Source of the DNA: Octopus vulgaris
Lineage: Eukaryota
Direction of reading: 5' to 3'
Assembly (NCBI GenBank): GCA_951406725.2
Contig: OX597828.1
Location: forward strand, 17,732,001-17,796,000
DNA: 64,000 bases
The number at the start of each line of letters is the position of its first letter. The stretch's first letter is position 1. This document shows, one piece after another, positions 26,709 through 40,849 of the stretch. The position numbers were made by a program, and so were the translations under genes. The notes beneath the pieces are model-generated. The model saw nothing but the letters and a program-made list of their open reading frames with translations. It ran no database searches and was not told the origin of the DNA.

Positions 26709-27661
26709 ATATACATATATATACACTAGTACAATAGTATATATTTTCCCTATTTTCCCTATCTTCTACTTTTCCATAATAATTTCCTTATTTCGCACTT
26801 AGGGATATCCTTAATATCCCAGAAACAGCTGTAAGACTATATCTCTTTCCTCATAAATATCCTGAAAACTCCTCACAGCTTTGGCTTTGTTATCTGTTCT
26901 TGTCTAATATATATACTAGTACAATATATATATATATATACACACATATTAGTGTGTGCTTATGTAAATTCTAAGGATACTTCCAAAAGATTCAACAATT
27001 TATATAAACTTATATTGGGCCATGGATCGATGCATATCAGTTTTTAAATATACAAATGTTTTGAAATACACCACAGTGAAAAATAAACAGCGGACCTTGA
27101 AGCAATTCAACGAACATTTTACCCGGCATACTTAACACTTTTACTAGCTCGCCACCTTAAAGGTAATAGTAAGAATAATGGTTTTTAAATTTGGACCGAG
27201 GCCAGACGTTTTAGGGTGTGGAAGCTAGTTGCATGATTATAATTTTTTTTATATATATAATCATGCAACTAACTAATTAATAACTAAGGAGTGAAGTTTA
27301 AACGAAGTTTCATACCGCATATTTGAGAGAATCAATAGTGTCCGTTGATTAATTACTAGTGTTCATGCAACCTCTTATAAGAATCAAATCAATACTTTCA
27401 ATGTTACCCCAGCGCAGCATAGCAAGCGAGTTTGCTAGTATTGTAAATTACATTACTGAGTTCAAATATTGGTACAAGGCCAGCAATGTTGGTGTAAGGT
27501 GTAATTGCTCAAATGGTGGTTATTTTATTCACCCCGAAAGGATAAAAGGCACAGTTGGCCTCAGTGGAATTTGAACTCAAAACGTAAAGGTCGGGGAAAT
27601 ACCGCAAAGCATTTTGCCCGGGGTACTAACGATTCCACCAGCTCACCATCTTGTCACTTTA

Positions 27662-28246
27662 TATATGGTGGAGCATAGAGATCTCCTACATTTTGAGGAA
27701 GCAGTATGTGGACTTAGATAAAAGTAGAGAAACGGGACAGGGAGCATTTAGTAGCAAACCTACCACTTTTGTCTTTAGTATTGATTATACAAAAGTACCC
27801 TCCTTTTTTTAGATTCTATCATTTCCGTATTCATCATTAATTATTCAAAAACTTTGAGGGGAGAAGTGGGGTGGCCGGCAAGGTCACCAAATTTAAGCAC
27901 TTGTGATTTTTTCCTTTGGGTAAACCCAAAGGAAAAGCATTCCGACACTGTCCTCGAACTCTTGAGGATTTGAAAGAAAGGATTCGTGAGGAAATCAATG
28001 CAATACCAGCTGAGATGACAGGGAGAGTCATAGAATTTCCAGGAACGACTGCATCAATGTATAGCCAGCAACAGCCTCCATTTGCCTAATATAGTTTTTA
28101 AAACCCAGTATAATAGTTTTATAATCCAGTATAATAAACTGTTTTTGTATGTGCTTTTCAGAAACATAACAAATGTTGTCCTGAATGGTTATGTTCTCTT
28201 TTTATATTAATTCACAATGTTGGAGATCTTTATGCTCCACCCTATA
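27662..28246 (+). mobile_element. Internally deleted Tc1/mariner (maT/DD37D-like) element with both TIRs and TA TSD
   Basis: TIRs tatatggtggagcatagagatctcc / ggagatctttatgctccaccctata; internal WPARSPNLSTCDFFLW and PRTLEDLKERIREEINAIP. Confidence 0.88.
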
Positions 28247-28254
28247 TTATTGTC

Positions 28255-28442
28255 TTCAAATTTTGGCACAGGGCCAGTAATTTCGGGAGAGTGTTTGGGT
28301 AAGTACTCAACTGGTAGTCCCTTTATCGATCCCAAAAAGATGAAAGATAGAGTCGACCTTGGCATAAGTTGAACTGAGCAGGACGAAATGCCGCTAAGCA
28401 ATTTGCCCCGGCGAGCTAACGTCTCTGCCGACTCGCCACCTT
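28255..28442 (-). mobile_element. SINE family B
   Basis: Reverse complement match to 34979-35150. Confidence 0.75.
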
Positions 28443-28487
28443 AACACGTTAAATCATTGCTAGCACGCATTATATCATTTACAATGA

Positions 28488-28808
28488 AGGCGCATGGCTT
28501 AGTAGTTAGGGGCATTCAGCTCATGATCGCAAGGTCGTGAGTTCAATTCCCAGCGGCGCGTTGTGTCCTTCAGCAAGACACTTTATTTCACATTGCTCCA
28601 GTTCACTCAGCAGGCAAAAATGAGTAGTACCTGCATTTCAAAAGAGCCAGCCTTGTCACACACTGTGTCACGCTGAATCTCCCCGAGAACTCCGTTTAGA
28701 GTACACGTGTTTGTGGAGTGCTCAGCCACTTACACGTTAATTTCACGAGCAAGCTGTTCCGTTAATCGTATCAGCTGGGATCCTCATCGTCGCAACCGAC
28801 GGAGTGCT
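28488..28808 (+). mobile_element. SINE family D (tRNA-like head plus gtgtccttcagcaagacacttt domain)
   Basis: A box tggcttagtagtt, B box gagttcaattccc; several homologs in the window. Confidence 0.85.
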
Positions 28809-29477
28809 CTTTATATCATTTACACATATTCTCTCTCTCTCTCTCTCTCTTTGTCTTACCGCAATAGCAGTCTTATTACAAAGAAAGCCGCAAATGCAAA
28901 AGTCATAGAATTATAACAGCTCTCGGTATACGAAAGTAGCATTAGAAAGAGTGGTTACTGAAGATTTTATCGAATTCGGTTAGCAGCACCAGTTTTAGTA
29001 TTGATTCCGCTACGATCTTGTGATATTTCTGATGCAGTACTAATTCGCTCTAAAATGTTAGCCGCGCATGAACTGATTTTCACGCGTTATTATTGCTTTA
29101 CATTTGTACACGAATCCATTGAACACAAGACTTCTGCAATGAATCCATAATAGTCTTTGATGTAGTTGTTTAGCTGCAGGCTGCATATGACGAACAGATT
29201 TTTAATCAAACGCCTTTCGGCTTTCGCTCTTTCCTCTTAGTGTATATCCAAGATCTAACTATTATTCTACCTGTTTTCAGTCATTAGACTACGACCATTC
29301 TGGGGCACCGCTTTGAAGAATTTTAGTCGAACGAATCGACCCCCAGAACTTATATTTATTACTTTTTTAAAGCTTGGTAATCATTCTGTCTGTCTTTATT
29401 GTCAAACTGCCAGGTTATGGGGACGTAAATATGCCAAAACCGGTTGTCAAACGGTAGGAGGGACAAACGCACACATA

Positions 29478-29518
<41 letters not shown>

Positions 29519-29526
29519 CATATAAG

Positions 29527-29745
29527 TGAGATATACACTAAGTGGACATCCATTGTACTAGAAGTCGACCCCCTATGGTCTTACCATAAGGGTCGAATTC
29601 TAGCATAAATAATATATATATATATATATATAAGAGAGATATACACTAAGTGGACATCCATTGTACTAGAAGTCGACCCCCTATGGTCTTACCATAAGGG
29701 TCGACTTCTAGCATAATGGATGTCCACTTAGTTGTCATCCATCTT
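29527..29745. repeat. Tandemly duplicated fold-back element; ~43-bp arms 29645-29687 / 29691-29732
   Basis: actaagtggacatccattgtactagaagtcgaccccctatggt..accataagggtcgacttctagcataatggatgtccacttagt. Confidence 0.9.
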
Positions 29746-29873
29746 ATATGTATGTAATATAATTTTTTCTGAATCTTCAGATTTTTCTATATGCCAGAGC
29801 ACTGGTTCAAAATTGACATCAATCAAATTAATATTCAATTTTTCACCCTCATTATTTTAAATGTTTTATATAT

Positions 29874-29929
<56 letters not shown>

Positions 29930-30060
29930 TCATGGAGGGAAATACGAATTCACTTGTCTATATAAATGTGGATATGCTAATTAGATTTTATATATTCCGA
30001 TGTCGCTTGATCGGAAATATAGGAGGTAAGTTTTCCTAGCATTTCTAGATTTATCTGAAT

Positions 30061-30119
30061 ATTATGTTGATGAAGGAAATGAGTCTTATGATTCTAATCC
30101 AGAAACGTACGTCCATAAT
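30061..30119 (+). ncRNA. Type-I hammerhead ribozyme motif (U3 variant)
   Basis: attatg-TTGATGA-agga...tcca-GAAAC-GTAC-GTC-cataat: 6-bp stem I, palindromic ACGTACGT stem III, GUC site. Confidence 0.75.
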
Positions 30120-30719
30120 TAACCGAATACTGTTTGATTTCATTATTTTTCTTCTTTTTTTTTTGCCATATGTGAGTTACAAATATTGTTGTCTTAGAGA
30201 CATATTTTTGTAGTAAAAGGAATTTGTTGCAAAAACCCTTATTGTTATAAATATATATATACATACATACGACGGGATTCTTTCAGTTTCTCTCTTCCAA
30301 ATTTACTCACAAGGCGTTGATCGGGCCGAAGCTATAGTAGAAGACGTTTGCCCACCCAAGCTGCAACGGAGTAGGATTGAATTCACAACCATGTAGTTGG
30401 GAAGCAAAAAAAACTTCTCACCACACAACCAAGCAATTTCTCTTTTAAGTCAATCAAATGATTCCAAAGTGGCTTTTTGTATAGAGTCGTAGAAAACAGA
30501 GATACTGAAGTATGAAATAGGGATGGAAGTGGATTCCAGGATTTGAATCGATGACATCTCGCCGAGACATTGTTTTGAAGACAGAGTTCTTTATTCACAA
30601 TATGTTTAATGCACTTAAGGAGACAAATACCTATATAACAATCTCTAATAATATATACAATTATACACACACACACATTTGTACTATGTATGCACACACA
30701 CACATATGTTTGAATGTAC

Positions 30720-30761
30720 AGACAGACAGACAGATATATAGATAGATAGATAGATAATTAT

Positions 30762-30801
<40 letters not shown>

Positions 30802-30829
30802 TTAGATAGATAGATAGATAGATAGATAT

Positions 30830-30871
<42 letters not shown>

Positions 30872-30872
30872 T

Positions 30873-30935
<63 letters not shown>

Positions 30936-31151
30936 GGATGGATGGATGGATGGATGGATGGATGGATGGATGGATGGATAAATAAAAGAATGGATAAATA
31001 GATAGATAAATTTCTTTATTGGACACACAGGGCTGGACACAGAGGGGACAATTACAAATGTAGAGCTTTTCTTTTCGGAGATGGAAAAGGAAAAAAAAAA
31101 GGGAACAAATGTAAAATTTCGATCAAAAGGGATCAGATAGATAGATAAATT

Positions 31152-31234
<83 letters not shown>
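30720..31234. repeat. (GATA)n/(GATG)n microsatellites with a short insert
   Basis: Direct reading. Confidence 0.9.
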
Positions 31235-31235
<1 letters not shown>

Positions 31236-32204
31236 TGGATTTGGATATTTGCAACACCGTGTGTTACTTCAATTCCACCCTTCTAAGACCAAACAATTGT
31301 ATTATTTCACAAATACAGAACATTCTAGACATGACACAAACACACACGCACACACACAAACACACATACATACTGTGTGCGCATGTTTGTGTGTGTGCTT
31401 GTATGTGTGCGTGTGCCTGTGCCTACTATATGTATACGCATAGGTATGTTTGCATGTACGTATGTATAATCACATTAATTATAATCACCATAACACAGTC
31501 TCAAAATGAATTTAAACATCCTGTGGGAGGCCGTGGCAAGAGCAATATAGATGGCATCTTATAAACACAGCATTCACAATACGTTTGACATAAACAATAT
31601 ATAAGATGTATGGATTATGCCAGATCTTCTCGCCTCTCCTAATTTCTCTCACCCAACCTCCATTATATTACAAGTATAAACTCTAAACTTGAGAGGCCAA
31701 TCGCGATGTGCATCCGTATGAATCAGAATGGAAATAAATATACATTTTAAAGAAATTGGGGAGAGGATATGTTAAAGTAAAATGAGATGTGTAAAACCCT
31801 TGTTTTCTTGTGAGATATTTTAGTTTTTTTTTTTTGTTCCTGCGAAATTGTTACGCCCTAAATGTTCGTCTCGACTTCATCTCGCGGTTCTTAACTTATG
31901 TTTTGTATATCCTATATTATTAATTACAGTATCTCGATGTCTGCGATAGGGTTCCGTAACAAGTCACACGCAAAGCAATCAAAATGATAACGACGTGAAG
32001 TCAAACTGAAAATAAAGAAAAAAATATTCTTTGAATATTGTAGTTTATTCCTTATTTTTCAGAAAGAACGACGCGCGTACGTATTTACATAGAGACATAC
32101 ACACAAATACGCATACTTATTACATATGGCCGCAGCCTTCGGGCTGAAACATTTTTAAGGATTTAAGGATTTAAGGATATATCTATATTTATATATTTAT
32201 ATAT

Positions 32205-32507
32205 ATCACGTGATCACGTGACCGACCAGGCTATAGGGTGTTGCTACACATCGCTGGTCACAATGCGCTTCGCATTGTTTTAGCCTTCAAATGATGCCAC
32301 CCCGCTGGCTAAGCGAGCAAGCCAGCAGAAGAAAGAGTGAGACAAAGTTGCGGCGAAAGAGCAGGGATCGCCACCACCCCCTGCCGGGCCCTCGTGGAGC
32401 TTTTAGGTGTTTTCACTCAATAAACACTCACAACGCCCGGTCTGGGAATCGAAACCACGATCCTACGACCGCGAGTCCGCTGCCCTAACCACTGGGCCAT
32501 TGCGCCT
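32205..32507 (-). mobile_element. SINE family C (tRNA-like head ggcgcaatggcccagtggttagg)
   Basis: Head matches 54522-54660; tail ends in tcacgtgatcacgtga. Confidence 0.85.
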
Positions 32508-32521
32508 CAACACACACACAT

Positions 32522-32554
<33 letters not shown>

Positions 32555-33053
32555 AATGAAAGAATGGAGTTGAACGGAGTTGTTAATTCGTCGTTCAACT
32601 CCATTGTTTCATTTATTTGTATTTAAAAAAAAACACACAAATTTCCACACGATAGCACGTGATCTCTGCCCTAGGCATGTAGCTTCAACCGTGTTTTTCT
32701 GACGTGAATTTGCTACCCAGGTATCGGTTAACCGAATTATCCATAATAAGATAATTCATTCAACTACTCAATTATTTATATATATATATATACATATATA
32801 TAGATACATATATACATATACATACATACATATATATATATATATATGTGTGTGTATGTGTGTGTGTGTGTGTGTGTTTGTACGCGTGCATACAGGAACT
32901 TGAAGAAGGGAGGTTGTGGCGTTACATATATTTCTTCATTACAGTCATTTCAACAATACATGATTCACTTATATGCATATAAATTACTGCTTATTATTAC
33001 AACATATTTATGTTATTTATGTTCGTCTGAAACATCGTTCACAAAAAGCAATA

Positions 33054-33096
<43 letters not shown>

Positions 33097-33114
33097 CTGT
33101 GTGTGTGTGTGTGT

Positions 33115-33151
33115 ATGTGGATTTCGTAGACGGAGGCTGAAAGAAGCTCGT

Positions 33152-33199
<48 letters not shown>

Positions 33200-33440
33200 A
33201 GTGTGTGTCTCTGTGTGTGTGAGTGAGCGTGTGTGTCTGTGTCGGTCTGTATCTGTGTTTGTCCCCATTATCGCTTGACAACCAATGTTGGTGTGTTCAC
33301 ATCCCTGTAACTTAGCGGTTCGGCAAAAGAAACCAATAGAATAAGTACTCGGCTTACAAAGAATAAGTTCTGGGGTTGATTTGTTCGACTAAAGGCGGTG
33401 CTCCAGCGTGGACCATTCAAATGCCTGAAACAAATTAAAG
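33115..33440 (+). mobile_element. SINE family A, 5'-truncated
   Basis: Matches family A. Confidence 0.85.
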
Positions 33441-33441
33441 A

Positions 33442-33473
<32 letters not shown>

Positions 33474-34410
33474 TCCTTTCTACAAAACTTGAGTCCTATT
33501 TTAGGGTGCGGGGAGTCGATTACATCGACGCAAGTACTCAACTGGCGCTTATTTCATTGACCCCAAAAGGAGATGAAAGCCCAAACCTAGCTTGACGGAA
33601 TTTGAACTCAGAATGTAAAAACGGACGAAATGCCGCCAAGGAATTTGTCCGGCGTGTTAATGGTTCTGGCAACTCGTTGTACTAACATTGTCACACAGAA
33701 TAAACAAATCAAACCCTTAAATTCGACTACTACTTGGAAATGCAAGAAACACGTTTCATAGCTGATTGATATATATGCTCTCAGTGACCTATATAATAAA
33801 AAATCGTGATCCACAAATATCCAAGCATTTCAACAGGATCTGCAAAACATTATGCTTCCTAAAATCCCTAAAAAACCTGTTCATTAAGTAAACCAAACAC
33901 ACATACACATACTTTCCAAACACGCAACACATGTACTCAATTTACGCTCATAAATGAACTCATATAACAATCGCTTGTGGACTGTGTTACCTAAATCCAG
34001 ACTCTTTCTTTGGTTACTCTCTCTTTTACTCTTTCACGCTTTTACTTGTTTCAGTCATTTGACTGCGGCCATGCTGGAGTACCGCCTTTAGTCGAGCTGT
34101 AATTTTATTCAGCTGAATACACGTCATTGATTGGTTGAAATTACTGAAATAGGACTAGTTTAACGTGAAATAACTTCGTAAATATAAGTTTTTCTCAAAA
34201 ATGCTAAGAGTAAAAGATCTTTTATATGATACCTTCTACCAGTGTCCGAAGTTTTAAAGTGTTTAGTTAGAAAAAATTATTTTTTAAATCTGTCGGTCAA
34301 AAGGTAATGATCCAAACAAAAATGTGTTGTTGCAATTATCAATAGAATGATAAAACAGAAAAATTAATTAATTCCAACCAGTAAGAGTTGACTTGCATTT
34401 ATCTCTAGTT

Positions 34411-34530
34411 TACAGTAATACCTCACTTTACGAGACCCCGGGTCTACGAGTTTTATTTCTGTTTACGAGTTTTCGAATTTATGAGCTTTCTCCGGGAAAG
34501 AATTAATTTGTATATCGAGGCATTATTGCA
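34411..34530. mobile_element. Possible pogo/Tigger-type MITE
   Basis: TACAGTAATACCTC left end, degenerate inverted cgaggcattattgca right end. Confidence 0.45.
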
Positions 34531-34893
34531 TTTCGCAACATATAAAAGAACAGCGATAATATAGCAGAGGTGTAAGTCAAATGAACAAGTGTTTATGTTT
34601 AATCGGCAAAAGATGACCATCATCAAGTATAACAATATGTTTCAACAACGATTTCAAATCAGGAATCTTGAGAATTAAATACATAAACGGAATATTAACG
34701 AAATAATATATAGAGTTTAATTAAATATTTCGCATTGAATATTTAATTTGAAGCTTTGCATTGTATGGTACAGTTGTAGCATTGTCCATTTATTTGTGCT
34801 ATTCATGGCATTGAAGAAACGAGGTTGTTTTCGGTTCTGGCCCAACCATAAAATAGCTGCTTGAACAGATGTGCCGTCTGTGCTGTATTATCG

Positions 34894-34965
34894 GGGGGTG
34901 TAGCTCAGTGGTAGAGCGTTCGCTTTGCATGCGAAAGGCCCCGGGTTCGATCCCCGGCATCTCCA
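34894..34965 (+). tRNA. tRNA-Ala-TGC: tRNA-Ala (anticodon TGC)
   Basis: Full cloverleaf: acceptor GGGGGTG/CATCTCC-A with G3:U70, A box TAGCTCAGTGG, anticodon arm TTCGC-TTTGCAT-GCGAA, T arm CCGGG-TTCGATC-CCCGG. Confidence 0.97.
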
Positions 34966-34970
34966 GAATA

Positions 34971-34977
34971 TTTTTTT
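34971..34977 (+). terminator. RNA polymerase III oligo-T terminator
   Basis: T7 run 5 nt downstream of the tRNA discriminator base. Confidence 0.8.
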
Positions 34978-34978
34978 A

Positions 34979-35210
34979 AGGCGGCGAGCTGGCAGAAACG
35001 TTAGCACGCCGGGCGAAATACTCAGCAGTATTTCGTCTGTCGTTACGTTCTGGGTTCAAACACCGCCGAGGTCGACTTTGCCTTTCATCCTTTCGGGGTC
35101 GATAAATTAAGTACCAGTTACGCACTGGGGTCGATATAATCGACTTAATACCTATGTCTGTCCTTGTTTGTCCCCCTCTGTGTTTAGCCCCTTGTGGGTA
35201 ATAAAGAAAT
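34979..35210 (+). mobile_element. SINE family B (Deu/Nin-like domain), well preserved
   Basis: ggcggcgagctggcagaaacgttagc...gttcaaa...gcctttcatcctttcggggtcgataaattaagtaccag...ctgggg. Confidence 0.9.
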
Positions 35211-35654
35211 ATGTATTGTCATTAAATGGCTAAAACTATTCGAAGCAATTTAAATAGCACGAAGAGATAAGTGAGATCTTGTCAAGAGCCAAAGCCAGAC
35301 AAAGGACGTAGGAAGTGATGCAGATGTGACAAAGGCGAGTCGAGGCTGGTATGGGTAGGGATTGGTGATTTGCAGAAAAAGGGCTACTACTGGAATAGGT
35401 TGAGAACAGCGACTTTAGAAGTGCAATCAGTTAAAAATCAAACACTGTCTTCTTCAGATAAAAAGAAAGAAAAGATGTTGTGATACTTTAGACCAGTGGT
35501 TTTCAAGCGGGCTCCACATGGCCCTTTGGGAGTCCTTATAACATTTTGTAGTAAAAGATTATGTGCAATAAACTGGTTATATTTTTACAGTGCACAAAAT
35601 ATTTTAACAATTTTTTTTTTTTACTTTCCCCTAATAATATTATTTTCTACTCTA

Positions 35655-36025
35655 CACACAACGCCCGAAATTTTTGGGGAGGAGACCAGTCGATTCGATC
35701 GACCTCAATACGCAACTGGTTGTTAATTTATCGACCCTGAAAGGATGAAAGGCAAAGTGAGTTCGGCGGAATTTGAACTCAGAACGGCAGACGAAATACT
35801 TATTTCTTTACTACCCAGAAGGGACTAAACACAGAGGGGACAAACAAGGACATGCAAACGGATTAAGTCGATAATATCGACCCAGTGCGTAACTGGTACT
35901 TATTTAATCGACTCCGAAAGGATGAAAGGCAAAGTCGACCTTGGCGGAATTTGAACCCAGAACGCAGCGGCAGACGAAATACCACTAATCATTGTGCCCG
36001 GCATACTAACGATTCTGCCAGCCTT
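35655..36025 (-). mobile_element. SINE family B composite (two units)
   Basis: gaaaggatgaaaggcaaagt occurs twice. Confidence 0.85.
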
Positions 36026-36054
36026 ACTTTCTTAATTATATTTAATTATAATTA

Positions 36055-36482
36055 AGGCGTAGGAGTGGCTGTGTAGTAAGTAGCTTGCTTACGAGCGATA
36101 TGGTTCCGAGTTCAGTCCCACTGCGTGGCACCTTGGGCAAGTGGCTTCTACTAAGCCTCGGGTTGACCAAAGCCTTGTCAGTGGATTTGGTAGACGGAAA
36201 CTGAAAGAAACCCGTCGTATATATGTGAATATATATGTATATATGTGTGTGCGTATGTATGTGTGTGTGTGTGCGTTTGTGTGTCTGTGTTTGCCCCCTT
36301 CCCCAACATCGCTTGACAACCGATGCTGGTGTGTTTACGTCCCCGTAACTTAGCAGTTCGGCAAGAGAGACCGATACAATAAGTACTAGGCTTACAAAAA
36401 TAAGTCCTGGGATCGATTTGTTCGACTAAAGGCGATGCTCCAGCATAGTCACAGTCAAATGACTGAAACAAGTAAAAGAGTA
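36055..36482 (+). mobile_element. SINE family A
   Basis: Matches family A. Confidence 0.9.
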
Positions 36483-37089
36483 TAAAATTACTGTAGAATT
36501 TCTTAAGCTTGAAATGATTACGCGGGACCACCTGAGCGAAATAGGAATTAAAGTGAGCCATGGGAACTAATGCATTAGAAAAATTGCGAAATAAAAAGTC
36601 CCTAAAAACTGGGTGGTCACGACCAAAAATCTTTGATGGTGGGTCTATTCAATAAAATCTAAACTGAAATAAATTTGAAAGACTAAAAAGAAAAGAGAGA
36701 AAAGAAAAAAAAAACCAAAGAAAATCAAAAAGAGAAAAAATCTGGTTGATTTCATATCTGACATTCAGCAACTCAACGAAACACGGATAACTTTATCTGG
36801 CAAATAAATTCGCACATTTTAATTTGCTACTAAACCAAGTTTGTGGTTTTATTTCTTTTCTTTCTTTCAGTCTTTATTATAATGAAACACAAAGCGCTGG
36901 AGGCATCTTTCTTGTCGTAACTGACTGAATTAATATAAACGTGTTAGCATATATTAAATTTGACTTTACAGTGGTATTTCATTTTTCACCGCTCGTATTA
37001 CTATTTCAGTATTTATCTGAATGACACTTTTTCTTATGAAATAGTGTAGCCAGAGGACTTGAAACTTCTTAAAGTAAACATCTAACCTT

Positions 37090-37370
37090 CATTTTCAAAA
37101 TATACACGGTGACTGTAAAATTTGAATACATAGTTTAGCAAAGATCTTTGCCATGATATCTTTCTTTTCACCCGTAAAACTTGGTCGTCCGCAACGGGGA
37201 TTCTCCAAGACACTACCTGTGAGAAAGAAATGAAGGATTGTGGGAAAGACAATGATGGTCTCTCTGGGATGATGTGCATTGATAGCATCTGCTATCTGTC
37301 GATATGACCATCCCACGCGTTTTCTGAGTAGTACCATTCCATTCTTTCTTCTTAAGACAAACTCATGTTC
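37090..37370 (-). pseudogene. Tc1/mariner (maT-like) transposase N-terminal HTH remnant
   Basis: GWSYRQIADAINAHHP...TGSVLENPRCGRPS. Confidence 0.65.
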
Positions 37371-38028
37371 AGTCAGGCTTTATTTCACCCTGTAGAATTC
37401 TTACAATAGCACCATAATTCAATGAGATATGCTTGAGACACAGTGATATATGATTCACCAATCAGACAGCCTTGGACATGCATATATAGACAGATATCTT
37501 AAACGACAGTAGAGTTTCTCCATATGTTCTCTTATATGATATTTACTTCACAGTAAAGTTTCTCCATATGATCTTTCAACCTGTTAAAAATAGTAGCCAA
37601 TTATCCTATTACAAAAAGACATTGGATAATGTAGTCCAATATTTAAAAATATTGTTGAAAATAGACTGATTTTTCATGGCTCAGATGCCTTTAATTTTAT
37701 GACAGATTGATACGGGCTGACCATGGAAAACACAAAAATAACCAGCGTGAGGTTAAAGATATAATAGATAATTTTATAGGATTCGAGCTCACAATAAAAT
37801 GCATTTTAACCCAACCCCACTAGAAACTGATCCAACAAACATTTGTATCCGTGTAATCTCATTTTCGGGATATAGGTCTCTATTGTATTTAGAAGTTAAC
37901 AGATTTGTGTTAAACAATGGACTACGGTCTGATAAATTTGCTAATACATATATCTTATGCTGTATGGTGATGTAATGTTTCAAGTTGATAAACCGCACTG
38001 CCTTGCATAGTAAAACCATTGTCTCGTG

Positions 38029-38082
<54 letters not shown>

Positions 38083-40087
38083 AGGGGTAAAATTAATTAA
38101 TTAATTAATTAATTAATTATTAATAATTTTACCAAGTAGTTCGGTATGTTAAAAGAACCATTATCGGTAAACTTATACAAAAATTCTGTAATTATTAGTA
38201 TAATTACAATTAGCGTTCACAACATACCGAAATTTAGAAATAGCAGTCAAAACTAACTATTTCGCTTATGGTAGTGAAATATATGCATATATATATATAT
38301 ATATCAAATCTATGTGTGTATGAATGTATGTATGTATGTATGTATGTATGAATGTATGTATGTATATATGTATATATATATATATACACACACATATATA
38401 TATATATATATATATGGGAAATCCTATTATGTTGCCTCGTGAATTGCGTCTTGATGTACGATGGTCAGCTAGAGACAATTTACCCTATATAAATTGCATA
38501 CACTAGTTTGTATGTATGCGCTGGAATAAAAAAGGAGGAAGAATGCTTGGAATTTTTTAATTATCTAAATTTCTATGCCTCTCCACCCCCACTCCTGGTA
38601 TTTTTCCCAAATCAGACATCAAAGAAACAGTAACCGTTATCGAATATACCTCAACATCATATATAAATATGTGTGTACGTCCCCCGTAACATAGCGGCTC
38701 AGCAAAAGCGATCGATAGAATAAATACCAGGCTTGAAAAAGAAAAATGCTGGGATCGATTCTCTCGACTAAAATTCCTTCAAGGTGGTGTCCCAGCATGG
38801 CCACAATCTAATGACTGAAACAAGTAAAAGAATAAAAGATACATTCTTTGATGATATACGTTTCAATTTTCATTGATTAGTTATTATTTGTCCTGTTCTT
38901 GCAGCTTCTTCCGAGACACAAATCAATTCTGTAAATAATTCTCCAACCCAGCACAGTAATTACGGTAAGTAGCTTGCTCACCAACCATATGGTTCCGGGT
39001 TCAGTCCTTGGACAAGTGTCTTCTACTATAGCCTCGGGCCGACCAAAGTTTGCTTAGTCATAAGATTGAGAGAGAAATCTCCAGAAGAAAATCTGTGGTA
39101 GAATAAAGCGGAAAATATTTTTGCTTGGAATCGCTAAACACTTTCGGCCAGACATTGCAGGTATCACAACGTTTCCGTCTTAGTCGATTCTTGTTGGTGA
39201 AAAAGAGTTGCTACTTACTGACAGATGAATTAATTAGTTGCAAATATAGAACTTCTTTAAAGAATGAAAAAAAAGACTTTTGTAAGCAGCTGTTTTGATT
39301 ATGCATATCTACACTTTCAAGGGAATCAGATGTGGATGGCGGCAGAGAAATGATTACGAAAGTAGACAGCGGACTAACAACAAACAACAACAGAGAAAGA
39401 TAGAAAGATAATCATAGTACCCAGACGAAATGGAAGATACAGAGGATCCCAGTAGAACTGAAATAAAACACATAAAAAAAACATGGACCTAGATACGACA
39501 AGGTATTCAATACGCTGCTCTACAGCTTCAATTATTTCAGCAGTTTTCCCATCTTCAAAATATAACAATTTCTCTATTATCTTTCAGTTACCAAATTCTG
39601 TTGCAATGAAGTAAAACTGTGAAAAGTTTAATTAATTAATTTGCATATTAAATGATAAAATTTTCCTTGTATTTCGACAGCTCAAAATGAAAATATTAAA
39701 CCAGAAAATAACAAACAGTCTAGATAAGAGTTTATTTTCAGACTTTCGTTTTCAAGAATATGAAATTTTAAGAAACACAATCAGATTTCATTCTGTAATT
39801 AATTCTAAGCCCATGCCGACGGCTATTTCAATTCAGATTCTTGAGTTCACTTTCAATATTAAAATTCTTCAGACGAATTTCCTTGCAAAATTTAGGCTTT
39901 CGTTAATTTTCTCTGAATTCTATCTGTTTAATCTCTAAATACTTTCCACCGCTCTTTGAAAATAGGGAAGATATGCATAAATTATAGAATACAATAAAAT
40001 TCTATTTTATTATTTATAGTATTTTACGTTGTCGTTTTATATTTCATTTATTAATTATATAAATGAAACTTTAGTATTGTGTTATTC

Positions 40088-40135
<48 letters not shown>

Positions 40136-40240
40136 TATATTAACCTAGTTATCTCCCTTTGGCATTAACTGCCAGCTTACTCATTTCTGTTACATATCTA
40201 ACAAACATCATTATAACATATAGACGAATTCTGTTTAGTT

Positions 40241-40275
<35 letters not shown>

Positions 40276-40734
40276 ATATGTATACACACACACACACACA
40301 CACACTCATATATAGTGGATATATATTTACTTAACCACATTACGTCCATAAGGTTACAGCTGTTTCGAAACCTTTAACGTGCAGTATTAATATCGGTAAA
40401 CTAAATGCAAGAAGCTATACCCATATGTTTGCGTTAGTATGTATGCTTAGCTTTATAGAATACAACTATGTATTGTGAAATTAATGCATATAAAGAAATC
40501 TAGTTCATCAGTTTGCTATAGGCACCGTGTATGTATATATATGTATACGTTAAATATTACATAGTATGTATATCAAATAATAATATTTAATTTCTCTGTC
40601 TGAAGAATTTCCAATACGATATTTCAAATTTTAATGTCTGTTGAACTTTTAAACCTCTGTAATTTCTTTTACCAAACTAAACATGTGTGATGGTGAATGA
40701 ATGACATTAATAAATTTTACAACGTCCTATTTTG

Positions 40735-40849
<115 letters not shown>

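Noticed and set aside
39374-39568. 64-aa ORF as a host exon
   Set aside because: No recognisable motif; more likely decayed transposon sequence or chance.
40360-40515. Minus-strand CTGATGA ... GAAACAGCTGTA as a complete ribozyme
   Set aside because: No stem I pairing; counted only as a half motif.
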